DNA from: Camelus ferus
Taxonomy: Eukaryota
Assembly (NCBI RefSeq): GCF_009834535.1
Contig: NC_045697.1
Span: forward strand, 97,838,001-97,902,000
Length of the DNA stretch: 64,000 bases
Direction of reading: 5' to 3'
Shown: positions 12,030 to 25,879 of the stretch, piece by piece
Numbering within the stretch: position 1 is the stretch's first letter
How the letters are laid out: the number at the start of each line of letters is the position of its first letter
The notes under the pieces: generated by a model
Seen by the model: only the letters and a program-made list of their open reading frames with translations
Told to the model about the DNA's origin: nothing
Databases searched by the model: none
Translations under genes and position numbers: made by a program

Positions 12030-12215
12030 TATACTGAGACTAGAGCAGACATCTTGCAAAGTACTTGGCGTGTGTGATCCATTTTACACTCATAACATTT
12101 AACAAATGATGTTACTGAAGGAAGATTAAGAAATTCACTCAAGACTGGACAGTTGGTGATGAAACCAGGAATCAAAGCCAGACAGATTGCATCCAGAGCC
12201 CACACTCTTTGCCCT
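12030..12215 (-). mobile_element. MIR SINE fragment
   Basis: actgaaggaagattaagaaattcactcaagactggacagttggtgatgaaaccaggaatcaaagccagacag...ccagagcccacactctt. Confidence 0.65.
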
Positions 12216-13310
12216 CTCTGTTACAGCACCTAAAAACAATCTGTACTGATCCATAAGGGGATCAGCTGCATACAAAGAACTGAAAGAAAAAAGTAGAAAT
12301 CTCTTATCAAAATATCACCTATAAATGTACAAATATATTGACTAGTGCTTAATTCAGTGTAGTGAAATTTATAGTTCTAATTCTGATTGAAGTTTCAATC
12401 ATTTTCAACAAATCTTTTAGTCATCCTCTGAAAATCCTGGATCAAAGAACTTTCCTATACAATTATCTATTATTCCTGGATGTTGAGAACTTTTCCAGAT
12501 ATAGGAATGCACGAGAATGCACAAAACTAGGCTAGCACATTCTCTTATGTCATGGTGTGTTTCTCTCTTGTTGTGTCACATGTTTCACTGGTAATGTTCA
12601 TAAAAGTTAAGCTTTTCTCCTATGCCTAAGTTACGTTTTCATTTTATATGTATTGTTTCTCTCTGTAATTGTATTTGCAACTCAAAGTATACATAATGAA
12701 TCACATCATGATCCTTGAAACTCAATGGAGAAATAGGCTACTATCATAATTCAAACACAATCAGGAAGTACAATACTTGTTAATCGGTTCATCGTGACAA
12801 GTCACAAAAAATCAAAATTTGGAATTTGGATTCAAGTGTACAATATTAGAAGAGATTTCTAGTCTAACAGCATAATTATAGTTTCTTCTCTATATGTGCC
12901 AAATAAAGAACTAGGAGAAAGGAAGATGTATTTACTTACGTGATTCCTATCTTGATTTAAGTCATTACTATTTATATTCCATGTATTAAATTCCAGGAAG
13001 ACTTAGTATATTTTAGTATTTAACTATAGTAAGGATATTTTCAATATACTATTAAGTATACTTAGTACATCTTTATTAAAATACAAAAAATAAAAGATTT
13101 TTGACTTAATAGTCTTATTTCTATTTGGTATATATTTTACTATGCATTTTTTGTTCATTTATTTACACACTATGTATTAAATCAATGAGATGATTTATTC
13201 CATATATGCAAATTTTAAAATACCTAATACTAAATTAAATTGTGAGTAATTGTGGAAGAAAAGACAAAGGAAAAACCGGTTTGGTTTCTGCAGTATTGTG
13301 CTTTCATCAT

Positions 13311-14040
13311 GTATCTGGTATCATCGTCGAGTCAGGACCACAGAAACTTTGATTGGCTTTTCAATTGAAGGAAATTTAATACAGGGAATAAGTTACAAAA
13401 CATCTGGAAGGGAAAAGGAAACGTTCCCCAACGATTAGTATCTGCAGTAAGCCGCTGCCCTCCGACGCCCCCTCTCGGAGCAGAGGGGAAAGGCTGTCAC
13501 CCACAGCACGTGCTCGCTGCCCGGCTGGAGCCCTACTGCAGCCTCCACTGTTGAGCACTGCTGAAGCCGTCTTACAGAAATCCATGGGCCATTCTCCTGC
13601 TGCTAGTGCAGGAATCCCGGGGCCCAAGGTTCCTTGCAGCTGGCACGGGAATCAACGGAGTCCGGGCACACGAGCCACAGCCGCTGAAGTACCTGCTGCT
13701 GCCCCTGCCTTGCTGCGCCCCACAAAGCCTGGGCTGCTGCTGCCGCTGGAAGCATGCTGCCTGAGGAGGGGCCCAAGTGCTCACCACCACCATCTGCAAA
13801 TGCTGCTGAAGGCTGTGCTAAAAGCCCTACCCTCCCCATCAAAAAAGGTACAGGATTTTGGCTTTTTTCCTTCCTGCAACCTCTAATCACCTGCCAGTGC
13901 CTCTGCCACACTGTCAGAGCCTAACAGAGCCAGCTGGCAAAGAAATCTCAGAAGACAGTTTTCAGGCATCCAGCCTTGATTCAGAGCAGTGCACAGAGGA
14001 TCAGAAGTGGAGCTGAGAGCAAATGTACAGATAACCCTGT
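13311..14040 (-). mobile_element. ERVL LTR (LTR33/LTR16-group-like)
   Basis: Begins tgtatctgg...agtcaggaccacagaaac...aaatttaatacagggaa and ends ctgccagtgcctc...cagagcctaacagagccagctggcaaagaaatc, as in ancient ERVL LTRs. GC-rich core explains the overlapping ORFs. Confidence 0.6.
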
Positions 14041-14089
14041 CCCACCTCCTAAGTGGCTGTATGGTTTTCTTGACTTCAGTCTTCGGTAG

Positions 14090-15500
14090 CCTCCAAAGAT
14101 TCCTTCTATTGTTTTCTGTTCTTTCTCTTCTGCCTGTTTAATCTGATACCAGTTCCTCTCACAGTTTCTGTTTCTGCTTTTTTCTTATTTTCATATATGT
14201 GGATCACACTTTCCTGTTTCATTGCTGGCCTTATAATATTTTGCTGAAAACTGGACATTTTAGGTTTTTAGGTTTTAGGACATTTTATTGTAGCAACTCT
14301 GGATACTAATTCTCACCCCCCCCCCAGGTCTGTTTTTTGTTTGTTTGTTTATATTTTGGTGACTTGGTTTGGCTCTTTCAGTGAAATCTGTTCCTACCTT
14401 TTTCATCCTTCCCTGGGTGCAGCTTAGGGTGGGGCAGAACCATCCTGAGATAACAGCAGTTTTAACAGGGCTGTCTCTTTCCTAGGTTTCTCCGATAAGC
14501 TGTCTGCTTCACTTGGTGTTAGCCCCCACCCCTTGGGCTTTTCTAATCACCAGCTGACTGTTTTTGTTGACTGAGAACACGTTGCTCGGCAGTCTAATCC
14601 AATTTAATGTGGGCTCCCTTGTAAGGGTCGTTTTCTGAGGCCAATCTTTGAGCTTTATACTGATCTTAGGGGGGTTTTCATAGGTGGTTCTTTTCCTAGT
14701 TGTCTGTTGAACTAGCTCACCTATGGTTTTGAGTGTTGTTCTTAATAAAAAGGAACTATCGTTGGCAGGGGATCCCTCAGCCTTATACTTCTCCACACTC
14801 TGCTTCAAGTGGATCAGTTCCTTTGGGAAGAGCTGCAGAACTTTATTTTCCTATGGACTGCCTCTTCCCCTGGACGAGCTGAGCCACTGCTCTGGGCACC
14901 GGGCATGGTGGCAGCATGTGGTCTTCTCAGCTTGCCTCTCCACATGACGCTACCTCTTTCCTAAGGTAAACTGGAGGGAGGGCAGTCTTGGTCCAGGTAT
15001 TCTCAACCTTCCCTGTGTGGGGTCGAGTCTTCAACCTGTGGATAGGGGCGGGGTGGAAGAAAGTAGCCCCCAACCTCTCGGCCACACTCACCAGAAACTT
15101 AGCTTCTTCAACATGGAGTTGGAAGGGATGAGAAATTCTGATAACTTTCCCCCTCAGTGCGATAAGGTAAGCTTTGACTGGGAACTGAGGGGAGAGGGAG
15201 CCTGCATCTTCTTGGCCACACCCACTGAGGGTGAAGCTTCTGCCAGTCTGAGCTAGAAAAAGGGAGCAAGATGAAGTGGGTTGTGTTCAAATATCACAGA
15301 GTCTCACTCATCTTACTGTGTTTTAGTAGATTTTATTGAATAAATGTTTCTCCCTCCACTGCTTTGCTGTATGCCCTTAGGACTATTTCCAGAAAACTTA
15401 AATGATTGGATTACTATTTTTTATAGTTTGCACTAGCCTTGTTTGTTTCATTGGGTTTTCAATTCACTGAACTCTTCATGCTCGTGTCTTGAAAGTATAG
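14090..15500 (-). mobile_element. Ancient L1 5' region (L1ME/L1M4-type)
   Basis: ggatcacactttcctgtttc...gaaaactggacatttt and ttgaataaatgtttctc...tgctgtatgcccttaggactatttccaga match recalled L1M 5'-end consensus in reverse orientation. Confidence 0.65.
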
Positions 15501-15964
15501 CTCTCCTGGGCTTCAGTCTTAAAGGTAAGACAACATGATGATGGTCCAACACTATTTAAAGTCTTTCTATCAGTGGCTTTTATTTTTTGTATCCCACTAG
15601 TTTATTGTCATATCCCTGGTCTTGAGGCCACTGTGACTAGAGGCATCGTTATTTCTCTGCTACCTATTTGATTTAAGAAAAAATATGTTTACAAGTATGT
15701 TTTGCATCAGGACTAACCATATAGCTATATGCCCATTTAATCCTCCACCATTATTATTTCCAACATAATGACAGAATAGATTGGTATCAGAAATGAAAGA
15801 AAGGCTTCAGATTGCAGAAGAGGCCAACTAAAAGCAGTATTTATGCTATTAATGTTCCTTCGGTTTATGACGGAAATTACATGATTTTAAATAGCATCAA
15901 CCCAGTTCTCTAAGCCCAGATAATTATTTCTATTAATTGAAATAATCCAGAAGAATATTTGGAC

Positions 15965-16115
15965 TCATATAATTCTAGAGTTAGAAGTGAACTCACTGGG
16001 CATTTGGCCCAACCATTTCATTTATAGCTACAAATATGAGAGGTCACTTGTCAGAGGTGAGACCAAGTTCACATCTTTTGATGACAGAGCACTATAATTT
16101 CTTCTACCATGCTAC
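15965..16115 (-). mobile_element. MIR/MIR3 fragment
   Basis: ttctagagttagaagtgaac...cccaaccatttcatttatag...ttcttctaccatgctac. Confidence 0.45.
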
Positions 16116-16779
16116 TTTTTTAAACTATTGTTCTCAATTTAATGGTTGTTCTAATATGGCTAAAAAGTTAATTTTTATCTAGTTATGAATGAGGATGCGT
16201 ACATCTGGGCAGCAACCTGCTCCAATGGCTCATTTTTAACATATAATCTGAAAAAAAAACCACTTAATATATGTAATTTCTAAGTTGTTATAGCTCCTGT
16301 TTCCTCATTACTGTTTTCTAAATCTCTATAATTTTGATTCTGTATGTTACATGTCTTTTTCAAGTAGAATTCCATTTTGTAATTTTACCCTTTTTAGTTC
16401 ATTGTTATTATTGGTTTCTCATAACTGGTATTTGCAGTAACAATTTGTTGGCATGATTTTTCTATCCTTTTCCAACCAAGGATTATTGAGTAAGGCGTAT
16501 AATATTTTCCTTTATTATATTTTTCTCAGTTGGTTGCAAAGCCCTCTATTATTACCTCTGTTTATAGCAATTCAGTCTCATCCAAGCTAAAGGACGGCCA
16601 AGTAATATTATACAAATAAAATTTCAGTTTAAAATTAACTCAGTTGCATGTAATACATGGAAAAAACGTGTGCATGTTATTGCTATATTCTCTTTTAAAA
16701 ATCATATTATATTATATAAGATCAAAGCATAGTGGCCTCCATCAAAATGTCTTAATTCACTGCTATCCCTTCCCCCATC

Positions 16780-17015
16780 ATGATTCTTTTTCCTGTTCTA
16801 CTAGTTATTTCTATCACGCCAATCACTTTCTAATAAATTATATTTTTATCTTATTTATTGTGAGTGTGGCTTATTGTCTTTCTTTCTTCCTATTCTTCTG
16901 CTTAAATGTGAGCTCCATGAGGGCTGGGATCTTCACCTGGTTTGTTGACTGAGGTACTCTTGTGACTTGGATGGTGCTTGGCTCTGTTGCATGATTGAAA
17001 GATGTCTACTGACTG
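16780..17015 (+). mobile_element. L2 3' end
   Basis: aaatgtgagctccatgagggctgggatcttcacctggtttgttgactg matches the L2 terminal motif. Confidence 0.7.
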
Positions 17016-17467
17016 CCTACTATGTTGAAGGCACCTGGCTAAGCTAGTAAAGGAAAAAAAGGTAGTCATAGCCCTCAAGGTATATACATTTAAAATATAT
17101 TTGATAAGCTTAGCCTTTTTAATAGCACTGTAGCAAGATATGAGCAATAATAGCAGACCTGGACCCCTTCATTTCCTAATTAATTGAAGAGGATTTATAA
17201 CATAACCTGCATCAGGAAAAGAGTCAATATCTCTTGATAATGAGATGAAACTATCTTACTGAGGAAACTAATCTCCATAGTCTGGGATATTAGATTTTAA
17301 AAAGTATTCCTGGAGGAGCCGAGGGAGTGGTCTGCCAAGCTGGGTCATCCCTTCTTCACCCAAGAGACTATTCTTCTCCCCAAACAGGTAAATCTGGTGG
17401 AACAGAGTCTACAGAAGTCTGGTAGAACTGGAAACATTTTTCAATCCATGGCTAATTCTAGAGCATG

Positions 17468-17572
17468 AATTCATTCATTCACCTATTCATTCACTTGACC
17501 AATTTTTCTTAACTCCTGTCTATGTGTCGGTAACTGTTCTAGGTTTGGGGGATTTTGCAGTGAACACAAGTA
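17468..17572 (-). mobile_element. L2 3' end fragment
   Basis: attcattcattcacctattcattcac...tatgtgtcggtaactgttctagg...gcagtgaacac. Confidence 0.6.
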
Positions 17573-19302
17573 CTGAATTACTGAATCACTGTTCTTCAAC
17601 TTACATGACACAAAAGTGGATTTGGTACTCAATGGTTTCTAAAAATGGTGTAAATTATTTTGGAAAGAGAAGTATACAGGACCATAGGAGACTTAAAGGC
17701 GTTTTTTAAAAAGAGAGAGAGAGAGAGAGATACAGAGGAAGCAGAAGAGGTAGGGTTCAGAAAGAGGGTTTGTTCACATGGCAAATACAGGGAAGCTTCT
17801 GTGCCCTTCCTGTGCAGTGCAGTGGCCACCAGCCACCTGGGGCCACTGAGCACTAGAAATGTGGTAAATACATACTGCCTTGGGTCTAGACAGTGAGGGC
17901 CAGAAATACTAATTCCTGAGTTATCAGATCAATAACGCATCCCCATTATGCCAAATTCAGATTTATCCCTGGAAATTAAAACAGCTTCCAGGGATTGCAA
18001 AAGCTAATGCTTTCTGGAAAGAATGAAATACAACAAAGGCTGGAAAACCTGGAGCAGACCCCCTTTTGTCCATCATTGATTACACCTTCAAAAGCATTAA
18101 AATTCAAAAAAAGTCCAAAACTGTACTAGCCAAATTAAAAATAGGCTATAGGCATGCTGATAGGTATACTATGACCTCCGGCTTAGTGATTCTCAGAATG
18201 TGAACATGCTTGTGTTTGTATATAAGTAACCACCAACACGGAACGTGAAATAGGCAAGCACCGTAGCGCCTGCCTCCCCCAACACCAACAGGCAGCATCA
18301 GATGCGCTTTCCTCCTGAGAAAACTACGGAGCAGCACAGGGAACCCCCTTATTATAGGAACCAAGTTGAACAAAGACTTTGATTAACAAGTCCTCACTTC
18401 ATAACTACCAAAAACTTGTCATTTTATTTCAGAAAAAAAAACCCAAATTCCAACAAGCAATAAAAATCTGTCGACTTGTTTTATCCTAGATGAAAGCATC
18501 TTAACTGGCAAGTTAGTCAAGTTCCTAACAAAAGCAGCAAGCGTTGGCGTTATCCTCAGCGGGTTGTTACATGACAACTTGTTGCCAATTGATGCTGCCA
18601 GCACAGCTCTGGGCCTCACAAGTCAGACAGATCCACTCTGGGGGATTTTGTATTGCTAACATCTTCCTCATGTTGATCTCCAATTTCTCAACCTGAAGCT
18701 TCCATACTTTGTTCCCAAAATTTTTCTCTTAGTCCCTTTGAAACTATATTGAATAAATGTAACTCATCTCCTAAAAGAAAGTGCTTCAGATATGTCACAG
18801 GTTATAAATATTCTCTCTCACTACCCTTTCCATATCTACAAGACTCATCGTTCCCAAGTTACAGGTTCTTCATTCTGTCAGCGCTCTTCCATCCAGTGTT
18901 AACCTGGAAGTGCCTCGCATTCAGCCAACAAGTTTGTTAGTTTTTGCTTCTGATCTACTCTGGATCTAAAATTGCCATTTTGAGGTTTTTTTGTGGTGGT
19001 TGTTTTGGATCTAAGTTCATTTATTCCTTTTGAATTTACCACACTTAGGATGAGATTTTCCCAAGTTTTTTAGCATTTCATTTTGAATACTGCTTTTATC
19101 ATCCATAGTTTAGCTATAGTTACAGTTTTGCAACACCTACAGATTTTATTCATCTGCATTCTCTGCATTTCTAAGCTATTGACAACATGCTGAAAAAAAA
19201 TAACTAAAAACCTAGATAAATCATACAACTAGACATCTTTTATGGTGATTATCAAAGATACATTATTCTCTCCAAATAAGCTGTTAAAATTTGGAAGATG
19301 AA

Positions 19303-19392
19303 ACATTTAACAAATATTTGATGAATGTTTACTATGTGCCAGGTACTCTTCTAAGAATATGGATGCTACTATGAATAAGATAGAAATAACAA
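19303..19392 (-). mobile_element. L2 3' end fragment
   Basis: catttaacaaatatttgatgaatgtttactatgtgccaggtactcttctaag. Confidence 0.65.
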
Positions 19393-19506
19393 GACAAACT
19401 TTATAACACGAAGCAGTTCATTATGGTGCCACAGGATAGGTGGAAAGTTACATACGTAACTTGCCTGTTCTAACATCAGTGCTGTCATCTTGAAATGCAT
19501 AAGACT

Positions 19507-19900
19507 GTATTTCATTTAGGATCTTATTAGGTGGCGAGTTTAAAAACCCAACTGTAATGGCTTTAACAGTTAAAGGTTAGTTTTTGTTTTGTTCTGTTTT
19601 ACATATAGGAAGTAAAGTGAGAGTTCATTGCTGGGCTGACTCATCAGCTTAAGGATGTAAGAGAGCAGATCTTTACGAGTCTTCTGTCGTTTCCACATGG
19701 AGTCCCACAGTCACAAGATCACTAGTGTGGCCCTGGCCATTATGTGTGTGTTTAATATCAGAGGACAATAGAGTGAGAAAAAGTAGACTCCTGTTTCAAG
19801 AAAACAAAAGCTTTTCCCACATCAAAATTTAGCTTATGTCTCATTGGCAAGAACCATGTCAGATGGCTGTGACTGGCTAGAGATATTAAGAAAGACGAGG
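19507..19900 (-). mobile_element. MaLR LTR (old MLT1 subfamily)
   Basis: aaaaacccaactgtaatggctttaacag...gcttatgtctcattggcaagaaccatgtcagatggc. Confidence 0.55.
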
Positions 19901-20549
19901 GTTAGAATGGGGAATTGGTTGAGCTTAGAGCAGTGTCTCCCAAATTATGGGCACACAGTGGGTGGCACCCAAATCTACCTAAATGACAAACAGGGATGAG
20001 AGAAGACATCTTACAGTTACTGAACTGAATCACAGAAAAATGAATAGGAGTTTTTCAGGTGCATAGTAGGCAAGGATGAGTTGAGCAAAGATTATTGTAG
20101 AAGCAAAAGCAACGACATTTACAAATGCAGAAGGTATAATGGACAATGCTTTGTTTGTATAGGAGACTATGACCGGTGGCCAGACGTGATCCTGTGTCCT
20201 CCTCCTTTCTCATCCTGCACATGGCACAGATTTAGTGTCAGTCACAGGGAATGCAAGTGGATTGCCCTTGATCCTAGCCACAGCACACCCAGTGTTAATG
20301 TCTGATTCCTCTATTAGATCTTTCCCTGAGTGCTGTTCAATGTGTAATGTCCCATTCCTGCTATGCTCTTGTTATTCACTGTATCAAGGTTCTACTGAAG
20401 CAGAGTCCTTCTCAATCCTAATTGCATTGTTGTCCGGTCTGCCTAAAGCTCAGATTTTCTGTTCTATGAATAAATAACATTACATTTTTGTTTATTTTCT
20501 TAAGATGTTTTGAATCAGTCTCCTGCCACTTTGTTACTTGAAAATGAGT

Positions 20550-20682
20550 CTTTGGTGGGGGAGGAGGTAGGTAATTAAGTTTATTTATTTACTTTTTTTC
20601 CTTAATGGAGGTACATAGGATTGAACCCAGGACCTCCTGCATGCTAAGCATGTGCTCTACCACTTGAGCTAGACATTCCCCT
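20550..20682 (-). mobile_element. Camelid tRNA-derived SINE (vic-1-like)
   Basis: Reverse complement reads TAGCTCAAGTGGTAGAGCACATGCTTAGCATGCAGGAGGTCCTGGGTTCAATCC...TAAACTTAATTACC; TSD ttgaaaatgagt (20538-20549) / ttgaaaatgaat (20683-20694). Confidence 0.9.
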
Positions 20683-20760
20683 TTGAAAATGAATTGATGA
20701 ATACAGACCTAAAACCTATGGGAGTAATCTTCAATGAAACACACTTTGAGAAATATTGAT

Positions 20761-21260
20761 TATGGCAGACAGAATTCTAGGATGACCCCCATGATCTCCA
20801 CCTCTTAATGTTACACTCTGCAGAATCCCCTCCCTTTGAAAATGGATAGAACCTGTGACCTTCCTCTCCCCGATTGAATATGGCAAAGTTAATAGGATAT
20901 CCATCCTTTGGTTAGGTTTCATTATACAGCAAAAGTAATGGGAGGTCACATCTATGATTACATTGTTGGATAAGATTCCTTCTGAGCAGACTGGTATGTG
21001 ATACTGCCTTGCTGGCTTCAAAGAAGCAAATGGCCATATTTTGAACTACTATGGAGAGGACCACGTGGCAGAGAATTGCAGGCAACCTCTAGGAGCTAAG
21101 AACAACCTCTGGCTGGCACTCAGCAAAAAGCCAGGGCCGTAAGTCATATAGCTACAGGGAAATGAACTCTGCCAATGACCTGAATGGGAATAGAAGTGGC
21201 CTCCCCTAATCGAGCTTCCAGATGAGAATGCAGCCCAGTGACACCTGCACATCACCTTAC
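20761..21260 (+). mobile_element. MLT1E-like MaLR LTR (3' truncated)
   Basis: ggcagacagaattctaggatgacccccatgatc...ccacgtggcagagaattgcaggcaacctctaggagc...ccagatgagaatgcagccc. Confidence 0.8.
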
Positions 21261-22156
21261 AAATACAGATAAAGCCTAAGGGTTCTTCACATATAGAAAA
21301 ATTAAGGCACACATTTGGCTTAGAGCTTCATGACAGATTATGCAAAAAGAACATGTGTTTATCCACCCCATTCTTATTGTATAAATGTACTATTGCTTGT
21401 CCACATAACCATAGCAGAATGTGAATCAAAGTACCCCTACATTCAAAGGTATGCCAGCTTCTGACCCTTAATTTCAGAACTCTGGTAAAGTCTGAGCTGG
21501 AGGACATGGTTTAAGTGCTCCAAGCAGAACCACTTAATCTGTGGATCTAAAGTCTTAAGAACATTACACCCATGCATGGCTGAGAAAGGACGAGGAGGAG
21601 AGGAACAAAGAGGGAGAACCAGAGCAGAAGAAAAGTACCATGTCCCAGGAAGGGCCTTCACATAAATAGACCCACCAGCTGCACAAACGTGCACAGGGTT
21701 TCAATGCACAGTAACTCCACCCACAAATCAGCGTGGCCCGGTACCGGCTCTGCACACTGACGCACCACACTGGCGTCTCTTCCTCTCTTGGAAGAGAGGC
21801 ATTAGCAGAGCTGAATGTGGCTTGAGACAGTCCAATATCCCCACATCTCTCTAGTACCCTCTCATTTTTATTCCATTTTAATCTACAGCCAACAATAAAG
21901 TTTCAACCAGGGAAACGGTGTCTCTTTTAGGAGAAGTGCTCCTTCTGTAGCCTCCGAGGCCTTGTGGAGTGGGAAATTAAGTTTTCTCCCACTAAGTCTC
22001 TGAAGTAGGTCAGAACAGCCACCAAACATTAACTCTAAAACACATTTAATACTAGATTAAATTCTCCCCCTATTTTGCTTCTAATCCCAATTTGTGCCCA
22101 GCTGCATGGCCCAACTTGGTACATAAGAAAGAGCTAGACAGTGGTAGGGCACCATA

Positions 22157-22620
22157 TGTTAGTCAGAATTCTTTCTATTACAAGTAACAGAACACCATCC
22201 CAAACAAAGCTGACACAAAGAAAGGAAAGTATGGTTTCATGTAACTGAGAAATTCAGATATGGTGCAGCCTCAGACATGTGCTGCCAAGTATGACATCGG
22301 GATTTGATCGATCTCCATCTTTCAGTCCTTCTACCTTTGTACGGGCTTCATTCCCAGGCAGGCTCCTTAAAAAGCGAATCAATAGCATCTCAGTGTGTAC
22401 ATCCGTCTGCCTCACTAATCCTGCAAGAGAGATGACCTAAAGGCTTATGTCACATGCCTATTCCTGAAACAAGAGTCTCGTGACTCTGGCTGGCCAGGAC
22501 TTGGAATTGCCCCAGCCCTGCAGACAGAGAAAAGATCAACCATCCCCAATGCCATGACCTGAGAATTGTTGAAGGATGCTCAATAAAGCAAAACAAGAGT
22601 GTTTTATTAGCAAAGGAGGC
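22157..22620 (-). mobile_element. Old MLT1 (J/K/L-type) MaLR LTR
   Basis: tgttagtcagaattctttctattacaagtaacagaac...catgtaactgagaaattcag...ggcttcattcccaggcaggctc. Confidence 0.65.
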
Positions 22621-22649
22621 GGAGGCAGGGAGTGGGAAGGATATAGGTG

Positions 22650-22780
22650 GGTCTTGTTTACTTTTTAATCTATTTTGATTATCTCTGCCTTTAAATAGAA
22701 TTTTCAGTTCAGTTAAATTTAAAATTTAACTTTCTATATGCCTGATTTTAAATCTATCATCTTGCTATTTGGTTGTTTGT
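22650..22780 (-). mobile_element. Ancient L1 (L1M/L1ME) fragment
   Basis: ttttaatctattttgattatctctgcctttaaataga...ttaaatctatcatcttgctatttg. Confidence 0.5.
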
Positions 22781-24899
22781 TAATAACCGAAATGACAGAT
22801 GTCTCAGGCACACAATTGGTCATCACAGTCCAAATACACGAATGGAACGTTTTCCCAAATTTGAACATAATGAACTATATTCCATTATCATTTTACCACA
22901 CAGAAATTAAAAGGCCAAATAAAAGCCCCATCTTTGTGTAAGTTAAAGTGGTAAAATATTGAAGTCCAATATCCTTTCCTTCACAATTTCCTGTTGCGGC
23001 TTAGTTCAGCTCCATGATTTCATTCAGAAGTCAGGGCGAATGGAGGGCTTTCAACAGGCATTGTGAGGTTTGAAAAATACAGCCACCACCGAAATAAGTG
23101 AAACTCTTTAAACGTTTCCAAAGTTGAACTGAACCATGCAAGTCTTTCCTGTGTCAGTAGGCAGGTTAGTACATGATAATCCCTGGTCCTTAATAATATT
23201 GAGAAAACACAAAGGGTTCTTAGCCAGCTAGGCACACTGCTGCATCGAATAAAGTTGGAGTTCTGTTACTAAGGAAAAAAATGGCGTGGATATTGTGGGA
23301 CAGTAGCCATCTCTGCTGTAGGTCATTCCATTTATTCTCCTACATGATCAATAGGAGAAAAGAAAAACAGACCCAAGATCCAAGGTATCCTCTAACTAAC
23401 AAGAAAATGTACAGAGTTTTTATACTGGTAGTTTAAGTAAAGGTAAGACCAGGAAGTCATAAGCCCTTAGGTTAATTATCACAAAGTTAGTGATAAAATT
23501 CAACTACTGATGACAGTCTATAAATGTAAGTGAACAAATACGATTTCCTAACATGTATGTTTCATAAGGCTTGCTTGCAATCACAGCTTGCAGTTCACAG
23601 GGAAAACAACAAAACCTTCATAGCTAAGCACCAAACATCAAAGGAGAGTTTCTGCTCTTCTTCGTAAAATATATAGGAAGGCAAATTCATAAAGATAAAT
23701 TGCAGAACACACGAGGATTCAACCTGAATAAGGCCTTTATGCTTCTTGGGCAATTTTTAACACATTTGTAGTCACTGTTTGGAGATTATTTACTAACCCA
23801 CTTTTATTCCCTCTAAGACTTTATCATCAACCATTATAACATATATTTGAATTTTAACCAGGCAGGTATTAAAGTTTCTTTAAAGTTATGATTTTTTTTT
23901 TCCATTAGAGGTTAGTGGTGCTGCCATTTGCTCTTTGTTAAAACCCGAGGAAGCCCCAGAGTGTCTTTATTTATCTCTGTGTTCTTCCCCTTGACCCTCC
24001 CAAACCTGAGCTGCTAGAGACCCAAAGAGAAGCAACAATCTTGGCCAGATGCTCTGTCCTGATCTCACCTTTTTTTCAGCATTTTATTTCCCAGATATTG
24101 GCTAACCTCCACCACCCTGGCGTCAGCATAAATTTTCCTTCCCACCTTTGATAGTATTGCTCCAGCAGGACCTGGCTGCACTATTCCCCAGCCAAGGTTA
24201 AGAAACAGGAGAAAAAGGTAAAAGATTAATAAAAGTCTCAACAAGATGAAGATAAGCGGAATCGTTAGCAGCTCATCCGATGCTGCCTACCAAGGTTCAG
24301 GACTAATAATGCAAAACCCGACATCTTGCCACAAAAGCAATCTGTTAGCACTTATCCTGGTCCCCTTGTGGTTTGCAGCTACAATAGGAAACAAGCTTAT
24401 TTTGTGACGTAACTTTCCTGACCCTAGCTAGAGGTCTTCCATGTCCACATGGACCTCCAGGCTCTAGGAGATGGCCTTGTAGTCACGGCCTATAAGAGTG
24501 CTGGCCCTGACCCGCAAGGAGGGACTCTCCAAGCCTGGTCCCATTATGCTGTTTGAAGTCACCACTTAGCCTCCCCACCCCCTACCCCACCCCCCAGACT
24601 ACTCTCTCTAGCAACACCACAGCCATGTATGCTAAGAACCACCCACATTAGCCAAGTTTATTAGATTCACCAGTGCATCAACTGTCTCCCTGCAGAAACA
24701 CTGTCTGAATTGACTGTCTCTCTTCTTAGAGACTCACAACACCACACGGTTGCTGATATCACAGGGATGATTTGCATGCTATGTATTAAACCAAACAGTC
24801 ATCATGACCTAGTGGCACAGAACAAGGGAATGGAGGAGAGGAACATGTTTGCATCTCTTCTTGCTGAATAACCAAACAATTAAATGCATGTCTATAACA

Positions 24900-25118
24900 A
24901 TGTACTTTCCTTCTAGAGTACTTACCATACTCATGTTTACATTTATTTGTTTTATTACTTAACTACATGCCTCTCTCCACCACTAACTCTTTATTCTTTG
25001 AGAGCAAAAAAAGAAAAAAAAGCCTTATTTACTCACCATTGAATTAGCAGGACTTATGTACCATGTCCAGCATACAGTAAGCACTTAATACTTACTTGCT
25101 GAATGGATAGATGAATAA
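24900..25118 (+). mobile_element. L2 3' end
   Basis: gtacttaccatac...catacagtaagcacttaatacttacttgctgaatggatagatgaa. Confidence 0.65.
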
Positions 25119-25879
25119 TGCTCCAGTAACATCTGAGCCTGGACTAGATTAACAACTCATTCTCATTCAACGTCGAGGTGCATTGGGTCTAAAAAATAAC
25201 TTGCAAAAGAGTTTCTTCTCTACAAAAAATGAAATAAACTTGATTATTCACATGAAATTTCAAACACAGAATATGAAATGGAAAATGTCCCCCCAAATAC
25301 CTGAAGAGAATGTAATACTTGAATTTGGCAAGCATATTTTTATGTCATTTCTAAATAGACGCCAGGGGCATGATTTGTAATTATCTCAGCTAAATGATTC
25401 TACCAGTAGTCAAGGCACTGTGATTCACATACTCAGATATTTGATGATTTGACTCACTTCAAGTGAAAAGCAAATAAGCAAATAAAACTTAAACCATAGC
25501 CTGGAATATCTAAAAGACATCTAGAGGATATAATATTTTCTTCCACATAGATTTCTGACAGGAGTTGGATTCCAAGGTTAAATTCTCTCGCAAATTACTG
25601 GACTATAGACACGTATTCTGTGTTATAAGACACAGCAGACTAATTAGTAAATGGTAGTGTTGACAACCTTTTTTAAAAAATCCACAATTCCATCCTGAAT
25701 AGATATATATCTTATTTCTATAAAGCAGGGCTAAAAGTTTTCCTTTAGAAAGAAACGCATCTTCCCTGAATACTCATTACAATTTTGCTATAATAAAAGA
25801 ACAACCTATTGATCAAACTCCCAAAGCCCTAAACCACAGACCACAGCCTCTACCAGTGCCATTCAACATGGACCCCTCA

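Noticed and set aside
13376..13911. Four overlapping 75-111 aa ORFs
   Set aside because: They lie in the GC-rich core of an ERVL LTR where stops are rare; no recognisable domain.
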